Assembly: GCA_964187785.1 (NCBI GenBank)
Contig: OZ076409.1
Location: 62,622,001-62,686,000 of the forward strand
Length of the DNA: 64,000 nt
Direction: 5' to 3'
Source of the DNA: Amphiscolops sp. MND2022
Taxonomy: Eukaryota
The translations under genes and the position numbers were made by a program. Below the pieces are notes generated by a model. The model saw only the letters and a program-made list of their open reading frames with translations, did not search any database and was not told the origin of the DNA. Shown in pieces: positions 37,801 through 51,312 of this stretch. Position 1 is the first letter of the stretch, and each line of letters starts with the position of its first letter.

Positions 37801-40800
37801 TTCATACGCATCATGCCACAAAGTTCCAGGACGTCTCGTTGGAACAGTAGTAGATTTACGAAGAAATGCAAATTGGAATCTGTAGCTAGAATTGGACTTC
37901 GGAAGTCATCAGCAAACTTTGAAGACTCAACCGTTTCAGAACAGCTACTGTTGAAATCTAATTCAGCAGAAGAATAGGAATTTTCTTTGAAAAGTTCTGA
38001 TCATTTTGTTTGGACAAATTGCAATCAACAGCCTAAACGGAGGCGTTCGCGTACGCATTATTCATAGGTAGAATTTCGGGCGAAAACTCATGAAATGAGC
38101 TACTAAACTTTCTATTCATGATTATATGTTTTTTCTGTGGAACATTTGCTTTTTGTCGGAATTTGTTTTCGAGATACGGGGCGAAGTGCCACTGCGATAC
38201 CTTTCGTATAATCCGCTGTAAATACCTTGAAAAATCAGACAATTTCCAGTCTTAATTACTGAAATAAAAGTTTTTAAATGTTTTAAACTGAAAAGTCTCT
38301 ACAGATTTACGAAATTCCAGAACGTCAATTCCAAAAACAAAAGTTGAAAAGTTGAAAAGTTGAAAATTGTAACTGTCTTTCTTCAACTGGAAACAACATA
38401 AAACACAAATATGGGATCTTTCGTTGGAGATACTTTCTAAACAAGATGCCCGTTGACCAGCAGGAAAATTTCCACCCCAAACTATTCTCCTACGACATTA
38501 TTTTGAGGCTTAAAAGTAACCAATACACTTTACACTTTAAAAACGCATAGAAGTTCAGAGGAACGAAAGTTTCGACACCTCATTTAAGAATACACTAAGT
38601 AACGAATTGTTTCGTTGTTGAACTAAGTGCATACCAGTACCAAAACCCACCAAACTTTAATGTTTCAGTCACAAAAAGTCACCAAAAATTTTTTAAATGA
38701 AAATATTTGATAATTTCGACTCACTCGTTCATTTTGACGCGCTCTTCAATGAAGAAACTGCTCATGTCTTTTTCAAAAATTCTACTGGATACAAAATTCA
38801 GTCGATGGCGAACATTTGTATCATTCTAAGACAACGAAATAGCTCGAAAATTTTACAAAAAATAGTCTCTCGATAAACTGCTCGAAAACATCGAACACTT
38901 CTTTTTCAAGGGAGTTTTTTGGGGGTATTTCTGCGTATTTTTTAACCAGAGAACAGTGAAATTGTCATTTCAAGGAGATACTGCTTAATAGGTTATGCCG
39001 TTTGGAGCTTAATGGAAAATAGATAATAAACTGAAAATGTCAAAAAAATTATGCAAAAAAGAAAGGATTTTTTTAAAGGAAGAAGAAAGTCGTGTAATTT
39101 TTCTGCAAGCCCGAACTGGTACCTTCATGTATCCACCCTTCTCCTATGTAATTCCTGATTTCGAAATATTTTCGGAAAATGCTCAAAATTGGGAGTATGC
39201 CATCGACAAAAAGAAACATCTGACTGCTTTGTTCTCTAATTCGAGAAATTTTATTCCATTTTCTTTGCCAAGTAGAGTTTTGAATAGCCTGTTGTTCCAA
39301 CGTTCAGGTCAAGGGAAATCTATTTTACAAAAAATTTCGTGAAAAGAAGAAAATTGGTAAGAAATTGTCAAAATTGCTACATAAAAGCGTCAAATACTTG
39401 GAATTTTTTGAATATTTCGGGTCATTCTGGGGTATTTTTTTAACTTACCTTTTTTGACTAATTTGGCCTCATTTTGAGGCACTTTTGTTATAAGAAACTG
39501 CATTCTTGTGCAAAGAGCGCACTTGATACCGCGTTTGTTCATTGTTGAAAGTTTTTACTATTCTAACACACGAAACGTTCTGACAACTTTACAAATTTGC
39601 AAAATCATAACTTTAGTCGACTTTTTTTTAGGTAACCTCTTGAACTGTTTTCCGTCGAAGACTGCCAAGTTTCCTGTGAAAGGCGTACTGCTTGGCTTAT
39701 TTCCTTTTGAGCCTAAATAGCCAACTAATTTACAAAATTCATCCAAAACTGCATAAAAAACCAATAAAAGTGTCAAATGTGGTATTTTCAGATTTTTTAT
39801 GGCCAATTTGAAAAGTTTGCTGACATAAGCATGCGATTATCTCTTCAAAAAGCCTACTTGAGAACAATTTTGTTCTTTTTGAACGTTTTCAACATTCTTT
39901 CTACAAAACATTTACTGAATTTACGTTTAGAAAAAGAACAAAACACGAGATTCCTCTACTTTTCGTCTCATTTGGAGTCATTCTGAAGATCTTTGTTCAT
40001 CGTAGAATTGTTCATCCAACCTCTGGCAGCCGTTTTCCAAACAACCCACATAGTTCTAACAAGCGAAAAAGCAGACAAAATTTTGAAGTTGATGAAACGA
40101 AAAAAAATGCAATGTTTCATGCCATTTCTTTTGTTTCGTATAGATGACTGAGATGGAGTAGGGACCCTTACGCATTTTTAGACACGCCTTTTTTAAGCAA
40201 AAAATGCCCAACACCTACCCAGGCATGCTTTGTCTAAACAAAAAACTACACACTGAATAGTACTTTTTACAGACTTTACGTCTAAGTACTGATGTTACCC
40301 AAGGAGCCCGAATATGTCAAAGTGTACTCACTTTCAGTTTTTCATAGCAATTACCGTATCCTCGTACCTATTTGTGACTAAAGGTTTTCACTTAGTTATT
40401 ACTTTCGATTTTTTAAAAGTCCCCATCAGTTTCTTGCCATGTTTTGAGTTGGGGCAGTACGTTTCAAGAGCGTGAAAGTTTGCCTTCAACTTTTCGGCAT
40501 TTGGTGATTTCTTCTGAATTGTTTTTCAAAACAAATTGTCCCCGATTTTGCTTCTTCTGGTTTTTCAGTTGGGGAAAAACGTTTTCCGAGCAACAAAAGC
40601 TTTTTGTTTTTTTCTGCACCACTCCTGTGTCTGTGAGAATTAGCTTAAAAACCATCAGCAACTGTCTAAAACTTTTCGCTTTTTGAGCCTCAAGCGGGTG
40701 CCGACTTGAGACTTTCACGTTTTGTTTCGGACTATGGACGTCTGTTTAACTCACCATCTTCTAGTTACTTAGCTACTTCGTGCCAGTGCTCCAAACAATT

Positions 40801-40912
40801 ATCGCATTGCGTTAATGTTGTGGGACAATTCAGACTGCAAAAGTTTGAATACGGCTGCGACAGTACCATGAGACCATGGAATCATCACTTGCTTCAAAGT
40901 CTTAGATTAGTC

Positions 40913-41585
40913 AAACAAGCCGGGACCGGCCCAAGTCGGCGCCATATCCAAGGCTTAAAAATAGCAAAAAGACTTCCAAGTGTCAAGTATTCTCTTTTAC
41001 AGTACTCGAAAATCGAATATTTTACAAAAAAAAATTTCGAAAAAATTACATACTCAAAAAATGGACCGAGTGGCGCGCTGGGGCCCGCTAGCGCGAGCCC
41101 CTGGCGCGCAAAAAGGGGGACACTTCCGAAATTGTCAACATTTTTGTCGCAGTTGAAGGGGTTATGTCGGAAAACATCAAAAAATTGCATTGGGGAAAAA
41201 TTTATATTTTCGGAAAAAAATCTCACAGTGCCGAAAAAAAATTGAAAGGGGGGACCCTCTGGGATTTTGAAACATCCATTTTGTCGCAAAACAGCAAAAA
41301 AATTGAAGGGGGACTCTTTGAGGAAAAAAATTTTCCGAAAAAAAAGTCTCGCAGTGCCGAAAAAAATTGCAAGAGGGGAGCCTTTGGTCTCCCCGGGTAT
41401 GGTATGGTACGCGGGAAAACAGGAAAAACCGTTTTGGTTCAGTTTGCTAGACCAAATAGTGCAATTTGGTGCAATAATATTTTGTAGAACTTTTAAGAAC
41501 TATTTTGGTCAGTTCGTGTGGATTAAAAAAAAAAGAAAAGCCACTATAATAGTCGCGTTTCACTTCATGAAGCGCCGACTAAAAA
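40913..41585 (+). mobile_element. Short HINE-like element
   Basis: AAACAAG..AGTCGGCGCC start and a 3' stem-loop AGTCGCGTTTCA..TGAAGCGCCGACTAAAAA. A degenerate minus-strand relative ends at ~40727. Confidence 0.65.
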
Positions 41586-42399
41586 TCAGAAATGCGAGCA
41601 ACCATAGGTTGTTCAGCTTGTCAAATTGATACCTTAAAAGTGCATGCTGTTCGCTCAAAAATTGCCAGAGAACAAGGTTAAAATGCCAAGGCCACTCCAC
41701 AATCAAACTACAGATGTTCCATCAAAATTTGTTTACTATTGTCCCAGGCGGCCGCCCAACACAATCACCAGAAAGCGCTTCTAGGTAAAACTTCTAGAAT
41801 GCTCAAAAAACTATTTTTCTACTCTTGTTTTTCCAATTGTTTTACGATTATGTAAACGATCAGATAAATAAATTCACGTAATATTCAGTATTAGCATTGG
41901 ACAACCAAGCGAGAAGGAAACTAGATCAAGTTTCCGCTCGTTTGGCTCGTTGGACTACCGGGTCTTAAAAAACTGTTAAAATACTACGCCCAAGTAGAAC
42001 TATGCTCGGTAACCGACCTAACTTTCAAAAAAGACCAACTAATTATAGGACGCTTTGTTACAATAAAACCGTGGTGCTTTTTTTCGAAAGTGCTCTCTAT
42101 TTGAGTGGTGAAAAGAAGATAATCAAGCCAGGTACTCAATGATAAAATTCCCTCCCCTTTCTGAAATAACAGGTGCAGTTATGTCGAATTTAGATGTGTT
42201 TGATGGATAGGACGCTCATCAATGCAGAAACTTAGGCCTCATAAGGTCAAATACTATTTATTACCCATGTGCATGGTGCATGTAGTGCTGTTTTACAATA
42301 CATGCAAAAACGTTGCATAATACCTGTGATGTTGCTCTATATTGTGTTCGTCTCACTCAAAGAAGGAATGGCTTCTAATGTTTTTTGGAACACATCGGG

Positions 42400-42800
42400 G
42401 CTATATTCAGGTCTATGACCCTCATTTTGTTGAATGTCATCCGCTTCAGGGTATATAATCCCAACAAGAGGAGGCTCTGACACAATTATAATTCCTGACT
42501 CATTGGAAACGTTCAAGTGAAAATGACAAATTGATCGAAATATAAATCAGGAAATACATTTTTTCCTTCCTCAACTACTTTTCCATGCCTTCAACTAGAA
42601 CAGAGAAAGCGAAAGAGATGAGATCAAGCGAAATGGACATATTGTCCGGCTACGGAAATATGGACATAATGTTAGGTGGGGAAAACTCAAACGAAATTGA
42701 AAGAGAATTAGAAACTGTCATAATTAGGCCCAAAGGTCATAGTAATACTGAGGCGCTTTTCCATCTCCGGGAACATTCATCTCAAGAATGGAATTAGGGA
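42400..42800 (+). mobile_element. Degenerate LTR/gag-start remnant related to 8248..9189
   Basis: GAATGTCA..GGGTATATAA resembles the TATA region at 8445-8470. ORF 42585..42797 (MPSTRTEKAKEMRSSEMDILSGYGNMDIMLGG) is clearly similar to MPTTRKQKKTRKSRGLEILSDIENLDIMLGG. Confidence 0.65.
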
Positions 42801-43213
42801 TATTGATGCTGCAATTGAATTAAGTACTTGTCATCACTGTGTCTTCGCAAATTTTTGATGATTTCAGAAAAAAGTGCCAGCATGATACATTGAACCTGTT
42901 TTTGTACAGATCTCACACTTAATTGTTGACTTTTTGTATTTTCACTAAAAGCGGCCTTTTATCTAGAAAGTAATTAACAGCCCCCTTGAATGATTAAAAA
43001 TTTTACATTATTGAAACGAGATGATAAGAAAGCGTTCATTAAGCAGATTCCACAACGGTGCAGCTTTTTAAACACAAATTCTGAGCATATTTCAAGACTT
43101 TCATTTTTCAAATGAGTTTACTATCATCAATTATTTCAAAATGGCAAGATAAACCGGACGATGACACAAAAAGATTGCTAAAAGATGGACGAATCATCCC
43201 TTGAAAACTCTAA

Positions 43214-46200
43214 TCATAAAGAAGTTATTTGATAGGGGGTACTACGTTGAGACCCCGTTCTTTTAATTGCTGTTTCGAAATCCATTTGATCATCGCTGGC
43301 CTTGTATGTAGTTTTTTCCACTTTTTCCTGTTCGTTTTCTTCTGGGTCTCCCAAATGGAATGCAAAAGTTGGAGAAATTGGTATGAACCGAAATATTTTG
43401 TGGTTCCTCAGGAAAGGAGTGATGAATGGTAAGTCGTACACACTCTTCCCCTCTGCCTGAAAAAAAACCAACAAATCATCATAGTGAGTATCGGCACATT
43501 TTCAGCCACGTCCTAGACTTCAACAATTTTGCTGTTTCTCATGTGTTTTGAAATTTTTAATGTAAAAAGAACGTTGACCACTGAGGGAGTTGGACGAATT
43601 AATATCAAGTTACAATACGTTTCAACTAATTTGAGCATTCCAACGTAGTCAAAAATTTAATTGGTTAGCAAAGTTCGAAATATGGAGATATGGAGAAAGT
43701 ACGTCAGCAACGAAATAATGACAGCAACTCTTGGTTTGCAAAATAAAGCAAATATTCCAAACTATTTTTGCTTTAACTTTTCAATTGACTTTAGAGGCTA
43801 ACAAAATCTTGCTTGTTTGGTTGGTATACCCAGCGCCTATGATGAAACTAATCACACGCTAATTCAGGCTGAAAGGTTTGCTTGTAAATACATCTTTGAG
43901 AGGCATATTCGCGTACGGCAGGAAGACGATTTGTTTTAAAAAGACTATTATGATGGTTGTTTCTAAATTAAACCTTTTAGTGACTTTTTAAAATGTAATA
44001 TTCTGATTTTTATTTGAACTTTAAGTGACTTTCTTTTTTATCAGGTAGTTAGTAAACAACTCTGAGACAATTCTTAGCAAATTCTTTTCTATCACGTTCC
44101 CTGACAATATAAAAGGGGTTACAAGTGAAATGATCAAACTTACAACTAAAATGGTAATAATACAGCCTGTAGTATTTTTGTATGTAAACAAGACGCCCGC
44201 TGAGCAGCGAGATATTTTCCGCCTCAAATGTTCTACAACTAAATAAACTTGAGGCTCAAGAATAGCCAATGCACTATGAAAAAAGTTTGAAAAAAAGAAA
44301 GCTTCGCCCATTTTTAAAGACGACACCTAATTTAATATTTCTGCAATAGCTGCCGTCTTTTTCGTATTTTCGATCATTTCATTTGGTCAAAGAGTACCCC
44401 CTTGGTTTCATAGCTGATTTCGGCTTGAAAAAAGTAGTTTTGCGAGTTGGAACTCGTTTCGCCATCATAGAATTTAAGCGGAAAAATTAAAAATTTGGAT
44501 TTTTTTGTGATTCATGTTGGGGAAAAAGTGGTTTCCTAGTCTCAGGAGTATTTCTTGAGGTGATTTCTGGCACTGAGAAAACGGTAAACGCGTGAAACTA
44601 GGTCCTCTGCAAATTTAGGAAAGTTGAGCGATCCCAGTTTGTTATATTATTGCACATAGTTTCACCAGAAGTGTCAAAAATTGGAAATAGTTTTGACAAC
44701 TTTGGGGTCAATTTGAGGAACTTTTCTAACATGAATCTACAGATGTCTCTTCAAAAATAGGCCTTCTGGACACAGGGTTTAGTGCCTGTTTAGTGCCTGT
44801 TTAGTGCCTTACACCATTCTAACTCACGAAGTAGCTGGAAATATTTTCCTTTGGAAGGTGTACTCCACATGTATTGATTTCGCGTGGATGTTTTGAATAA
44901 TAAATATTGGACAATAAGGTCAGATTTTACGCCTTCAAGTAATGTTTTTGAAAGTTGTGCCAATAAACTTGTCTGATATCTTTCCGAAACACTACACGTA
45001 GCTACACGTTTCAATCATGAGTCTATGGTATTTCTGATAGAAGCGAACATTCGGAACGGTTCGAAATTGGGACAATGTTGTTGAAAATAAAGAACATTCG
45101 GAAACGTTGACTGTTGTAAACTAAATGAACTTCATCCGACGTTTTTCCCCAATGGCGTTTTGAATACCCTATTGTTTTAATGCTCAGGATATTGAAAGTT
45201 CTATTCTTAAAAACGTTTGTGGTTTGAACAACAATTGAATTTAGTTTGTCAAAAAACGTGATTTTTGAGTATTTTTAACCTGATTCCCACAAAACCAAGC
45301 AATTATCTCTTCAAACTTGCCTTCTGGAGATACTTGGATCAGTCATTGTTGAGTTTTTCAAAACATTTTATGCAAGGAAGTAGCTGAAAACTTGTACCAA
45401 AAACAGTTTTTCCAATATTTGGGACATTCTGAGGAATAATTCGACTATAAATTCGCCTATTGTTTGAAAAAAGTGCTTCGGGCCTAGTTTTAACATCTGG
45501 ATTTTTTCGAAGCTTTGTTTTACCGAAACTTTCCAATCTCAAACAATACTTCCCTGGAAATGTCGGAAAGCGACAAACATTTCGACATTTTCGACTATTT
45601 GAGGTCAATTTTGATCCATTCTCCAACTGAAGTCTGCAAATATTCCAATGACAGCCAACTAGATTATGAGTTCAGTCTTTATTGAACGTTTGCCAACATT
45701 CTGACTACAAAACGATTCAAAAAATTCAAAAGTTGCACGGAAACGAAGATGTTGAAGTTTTTCGATTGCTTTGGAGTCATTCTGAGGTGTTTTTGAAGCA
45801 AAGCGTTGCAACCTTGTCTTCAAAAAATGTAATGCAAAGCTCGTTCTTTTGTTGTGGAGTTGATTCCGTTGGAACGTAGAGCAAAATCGCTCGGAAAAAG
45901 TACAGAAATTGCATCAAAAACTTCAAAGTTTTTGACAGTTCAGTGTCAATTTGAGGCAATTTTCTTTTAGGTTGAATTTATCTCGTGACAAAAGCTCACC
46001 GGTACAACAAACTTACCCATGCTTTAGGTGTCTATCGATATTTTGACAAAAATTGAACAAACATAGTGGCAATCGGAAAATTTTCGAAATTTTGACTTTT
46101 TCGATGTCAATTCTGGACAATTTTCGTTTGAAACACTGCTTTGATCTTTTTTCCAAGCATACTGGACAACACATATTTTCTTTCTTGACCCTTTCTAGTA

Positions 46201-49200
46201 TTCCAATCCTCAAAGACTATCAAAAGTTTGGAAAGAAGTGCATTGGATATTTGGAAGTTGAAAGTTTTGAGATTTTTGTCAATTTCGGTGTCAATATGAG
46301 ACATTTTCTTTCAGATCATTGCAATTATCTCTCCATAAAACACTACTGGACAACTGAAAATTTCATTGTTGACCCGTTGAAACAATTCAATTCACAAATC
46401 TGTCGAAACTTCAAGAAAAATTGCATAAAAACTTTTAAAGTTGAAAAATTTTGGGTTTTTTGCATTTTCGGTGTTAATTTGAGTAATTTTCACTTAAAAA
46501 CTGCAATTAACTCTTCGGAAAAGCCTACTGGACAACACACTCTGTCTTTGTTGACCCTTTTCAACGTTGCAATCTACAAAGAGCGTCGGAAATTTGAAAA
46601 AAAATGCATAATTTCTTTGAAAATTGGAAAATTATAGGACTTTTGTCAATTTCAGTGTCAATTTGAGATTTGTTTCATACAGAAAACTGCAATTATCTTT
46701 TCGAAAAACCTACTGGACAACAAACCCATTCCTTTTTTCCCCTTATAACATTCCAATCCACGAAGCCTGTCAAAACTTTAAACAAAAAATTGCATAAAAA
46801 CTTTTAAAGTTGAAAAATTATGTTTTTTTTGCATTTTCGGTGTTAATTTGAGACATTTTCACCTAAAAACTGCAATTAACTCTTCGGAAAGGCCTACTGG
46901 ACAACACACTCTTTTTTGACCCTTTTCAACGTTGCAATTCACAAATGCCGTCGGATATTTGGAATAAAATGCATAATTTCTTTGAAAATTGGAAAATTAT
47001 GGGATTTTTGTCAATTTCGGTGTCAGTTTGAGATTTTTTCAAACAGAAAACAGCAATTATTTTTTCGGAAAAGCCTACTGTACAACAAATTGATTCCATG
47101 TTGAGCATTTCCAACATTCTAATCTACGAAGTCTATCGAAAATTTGACAAAATGTTATAAATCGGGAAATTTTTGGTTTTTTGTCAGTTTTGGGTCTTTT
47201 CATTTTTTAAAAAAACCGCATTTATTTTTTCATAAACAACTACTGGACAACAAATTCTTGCCTTGTGGGACCTTTTCAACATTCTTATCCACAACATCTA
47301 TCGAAAAACTGACAAAGTTGTAATAAAACGTTGAAAAAATTGGAAATTTTTGCAGTTTTTACTAGTTTTGGTGTCATTTTTGGGTCATTCTGGGGTCCTT
47401 GGGGTCAACTAAAAAATTCCAGAAATCTCCACAAATACAAATCGCACGAAGATAAATTTATGTTTGAATTCTATGGGTAAGACTCTTAAAGTTGAATATA
47501 TTTGGTGCTTGGCAATTTTGTAAAAAAAAACCGTTTGATTTAAATATTTTCCTTTCCCGTATGAAATATGGGCGGAAAATAATAAGAAAGGTTGTGTGTC
47601 GAATCGAATTTTTTAATTTGCCTGGTTCAGATACGCTTCATAGTTCAAACCGTTTGCTGGGTAGCTCCAATAACATCTAGATTTTTTGATTTAGGTTGTT
47701 TGTCAGTCACTATTTTTTGATGTTCTGGAGATCTTATCACATTTTGGACGCTGATGCTTGCCAGTTTTCGAAAGTGATCGCTGCTTCTTGCTGCTTCTTC
47801 ACTTCCGAAAGTGAAGGTTTTCGACAGGTTCCAATTGATCGGTGATTAAAAAAAATTGTTTCCACGCTGCTTCAAAGTTTTCCCATTGTTGTGCTGAAGA
47901 TTAAGAGCAGTTTTTAGCGAACATTTTAAAGAAGCTACGTTTGTTGGTTGGATCTGCATTGCTTGAGCTTTCCTGTCGCATCTCGTGATTTCGTAGTTCT
48001 TGCATTCTCAATTGTGGCAAAAATTTATAACATATTTTCAACTGCGTCTTTGCCAGCTAAAACGACTCTTCATTTTTAATACGACTCCTCCAAGGGCGGT
48101 TTTCAAGGGGAGGGTGGCCGCCTGCCCCTTTGGAGAGATGTATGGAATGAATTGATGTCACAGTCGGTAAAATGAGCCGAGTTTTCCTACTTTCAAATAT
48201 TCTCTCGTTACGGTGCGCCCCACATTTTGAAAATCCGCCCAACCGTTGAGGAAATCCTAAAACTACTCCTCGGACAATTTTCTTGATTGAACCGCGGTGT
48301 CGCGGTGAGTTCCTTTGCTTAAGATTTCTCGTTGTCACTAGGGTGGTTATAACTTTCATGTTTTCTACTATAGTTTCAGAAACGAGGATACTTGTTTGGT
48401 GTTACTGACTCGTTTTTATCAGTGGTTCAGTTGATGTCAGTATTTCGGGCACGTATTTTCCAGAAACGTTGACATTGGCTAGTTTTTTCAACTCACCCTG
48501 ACGCTTCCATATTTGTCATTTTGTTTTCGCAACGAAAGTACTACTTTGAAAATTAGCAGCTTCTAATTTGGCTGACCATATAACCCCATTTGGTTAGAGC
48601 ACCTAGTTTCTGGATAGAACGTCGTGGGCTCGAATCCAACCTGCATCAATTATTTTTTGAAATAAAGACTGTTGGTGCGTGTCCTACCTTGTAGGTGTTG
48701 TTATCAGTGTGGACAGACTGCATGTTTCTCCATTTTTTGAGACCCCTGTCTTCCGAATTTCCAGGAATGACGTTGTCCAACAGACATCCGAGGAATCCTC
48801 CAATGAACATGCTGGTTCCCAGCAACACTTCTGTTGCAACACACATCTACCATTAGCTACTTGAAGTGAATTCGGCCAATGTTTTGAAAATCGTGCCAAT
48901 TAAACTTCGAAACAAAAAATTATCTTGCTCCAAAAAAATTCCATGAAACGAGGCATGACATTTTCAAAATCTAACTCTAACCTACTAGGTTAGAGTTAGA
49001 TTTTGAAAATGTCATGCCTCGTTTCATGGAATTTTTTTGGAGCAAGATAATTTTTTGCGAAAGTGTAGTACTAGAAGTGATCATAGTTAAAATAGTTTAC
49101 TACCAAAAATCAATGAAATTCCTTGTGAGATTTTTTCGCAATGTTTTATTCATTCTTAACTGGGTTTGAAGCAATAGTTCGTCGTTGTTGTACTTAAGAA

Positions 49201-51312
49201 ATCAACGAAAAATTACATTCTATCAACAACTATCAACAAAAAGTTAAATAACCAATGACTTGATCCAGCTCGTCGACGCCAGTATCAATAGCTCCTGGAT
49301 TCTGTTTGATCCAGTTGGGGATGGCGAATCCACAGAACAAGGAAAAACCAAGTATGTACAGATTGCGAGTGGAGTTCAAGTTCACAAACTGCAGATTGCT
49401 CAATCCAACGGCGGTTATGATGCCAAACATGCAGAAGAAATTTGCACCTATGACAGGCGCGGGAATGGTAGCAAAGAGAGCCCCCACTTTGGCAAAACAG
49501 CCCAGAAGTATCATCACCAGGGCTCCGAATTGAACAACCCGTCGACTACCAACCTAAGAAAACAATCTCGACTAAATACATATTATTTCAACAACAAAAC
49601 TATGTTTCGACCATTATTTCAAAGTAATGCAAGTAAGAAGTTACATTTCCTTTAATGCAAGTTTGCTCGACTAGCAGGAAATGTTTCTCAACTGCGCATG
49701 TATCTCAAGAAAGAGACAAAAAGAACGAAAACTGTTTTTATTATACTTCTTTCAAAGATCTTTCAAAAAAGTAATATCATAGAAGTACTGTTCCATTGAA
49801 ACTTGAGGGAATGCAATTTTTTGAGACTATAGACTATGAACTTGAGAAACTTCAAGTTGACCCCCGATGCTTTTTTACTCTCAGTAAACAAAGACTCAAT
49901 ACATACTAACCCTTGTTATCCCCAACGCTCCAATATTCTCACTGTAGGAAGTAGTCCCGTTGCCGGTCCCAATAAGTCCTGCGAATAGACACCCTAGTCC
50001 CTCTATGAGGATACCCCTGTTTATGGCGGGCACAGTGGGGGTGGGCGCTCCTGAAAAACGAGCACAGGGAAAATAGTCTCCCACCGACTCCACTATTCCA
50101 GCTAGCACTCCAGCCAACATGCCGAATACACCTGCTACTGTTACCTGAAGCATACTCACTTGGAAGTCAGTTTTCAAGAAACTTCAAGTCAACATTTTCT
50201 GGAATACCGAAACGGTGTCTGGACATTTGCAAATGACAGGGAATTCTTACTGAATCAATAGTCGAATGGCTAACTAGTGAAATTTGAAGTGATCATTCTT
50301 TTTACTCAGTAGATCAGTATTATAAAAATAGTGAATACGGTTCAGTAAGAAATGCTGGATCTTGTCAAAACGTTGGGGTAATCGAAAATTCTTTTGTAGA
50401 AAACGTTATGTAACAGACGAAACGAATAACAATCGACATGACTCATTCAAGGAGAAAAAGAATTGCTAAAGTAAACTACAACAAGAATTGCTAATAACTG
50501 CAATTAATGAATTTTAGTCAATATTTGTGTCCGAATAGTTTTCAAAGGAAAGCCGGAAATGCTGAGAGCACGTCTATAATGAAAATCCACTTCATTTCTG
50601 CAATCTTTGATAAAATGGAGTCTAAAGTTAGTTCAACTGCGATCGTAAATAAGAACAATAGACTTTGTACCATATTTTTGCTTTCCTTAAAAACTAAAAG
50701 CACGCTAGTTTGTCTCATTCTAAGGATCTAAAATATTGTTTTCCATTCAAACACTATGGAATATTTAACTGTTCGTGGTATAGTGCCAAAAAAGTTTGAA
50801 AAGCGAAGCTGAAAATGAAAGGAGTACTGACCTTAGGTTCACCCCATTGACACGGATAGGGGAAATAAAACCAGTCGGAATCTTGGAGTACATCTGACCT
50901 CAAGTCAGTTCTGGCTCTGTACCCGTTCTTGCTACTGTTGTCAGTAATGACCCCAGATTCAGTCAGAATAAGACATAGCACCCATGAGCAAATCATTCCC
51001 AAAACAACCGGAAATAGTTTGAACACTCTGACATTGAAAATGCCAAATTCAGATATAACTTGAGAAAACACCGTAATGCAGATGATTCCAAAAAAGGTAA
51101 TGCCCCAGTTAGAACTGCCATAAAAGGCGGCTGCCTCAAAGAGAGATAAGCCAATCAGAGTGATTGAAGGAACGACCGTCAGAGGGCCAATGAACCGAAG
51201 TAGGAATCCGACTCCACCACAAGCGCCGAGGAAGATTTGGAAGAGAGATGAGACAATAATTGCACCTTGAACTTCCACTATTCGGTCTTGCCACACATTT
51301 TTGTATCCTGAG
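43214..51312 (-). CDS. SLC23A: SLC23-family (NAT/NCS2) nucleobase-ascorbate transporter, last five coding exons; 5' exons not found in window
   Basis: Phase-compatible GT-AG exons 51312-50832, 50144-49911, 49553-49253, 48830-48688, 43456-43214. Motifs: [111 protein letters not shown]. Confidence 0.93.
44186..47582 (+). mobile_element. Long (~3.4 kb) non-autonomous Helentron/HINE-like element in an SLC23 intron
   Basis: 5' AAACAAG start with subTIR ATTTTCCGCC (~44214). 3' hairpin CCCGTAT..ATATGGG overlapping the complementary GGCGGAAAAT (47571-47580). Internal ~180-bp tandem array at ~46050-47390. Homologous to 55923..59773 and 22827. Confidence 0.7.
48913..49057. repeat. Perfect palindrome: 72-bp arms, 1-nt spacer
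   Basis: 48913..48984 is the exact reverse complement of 48986..49057. It lies inside SLC23 intron 48831..49252. Confidence 0.97.

Noticed and set aside
47600..48480. Possible old gag remnant on the minus strand
   Set aside because: Too degenerate to support with any specific motif.
48575..48645. tRNA gene (TGGTTAGAGCA...GCTCGAATCC)
   Set aside because: A/B-box-like motifs are present but no cloverleaf pairing. At most a decayed SINE head.
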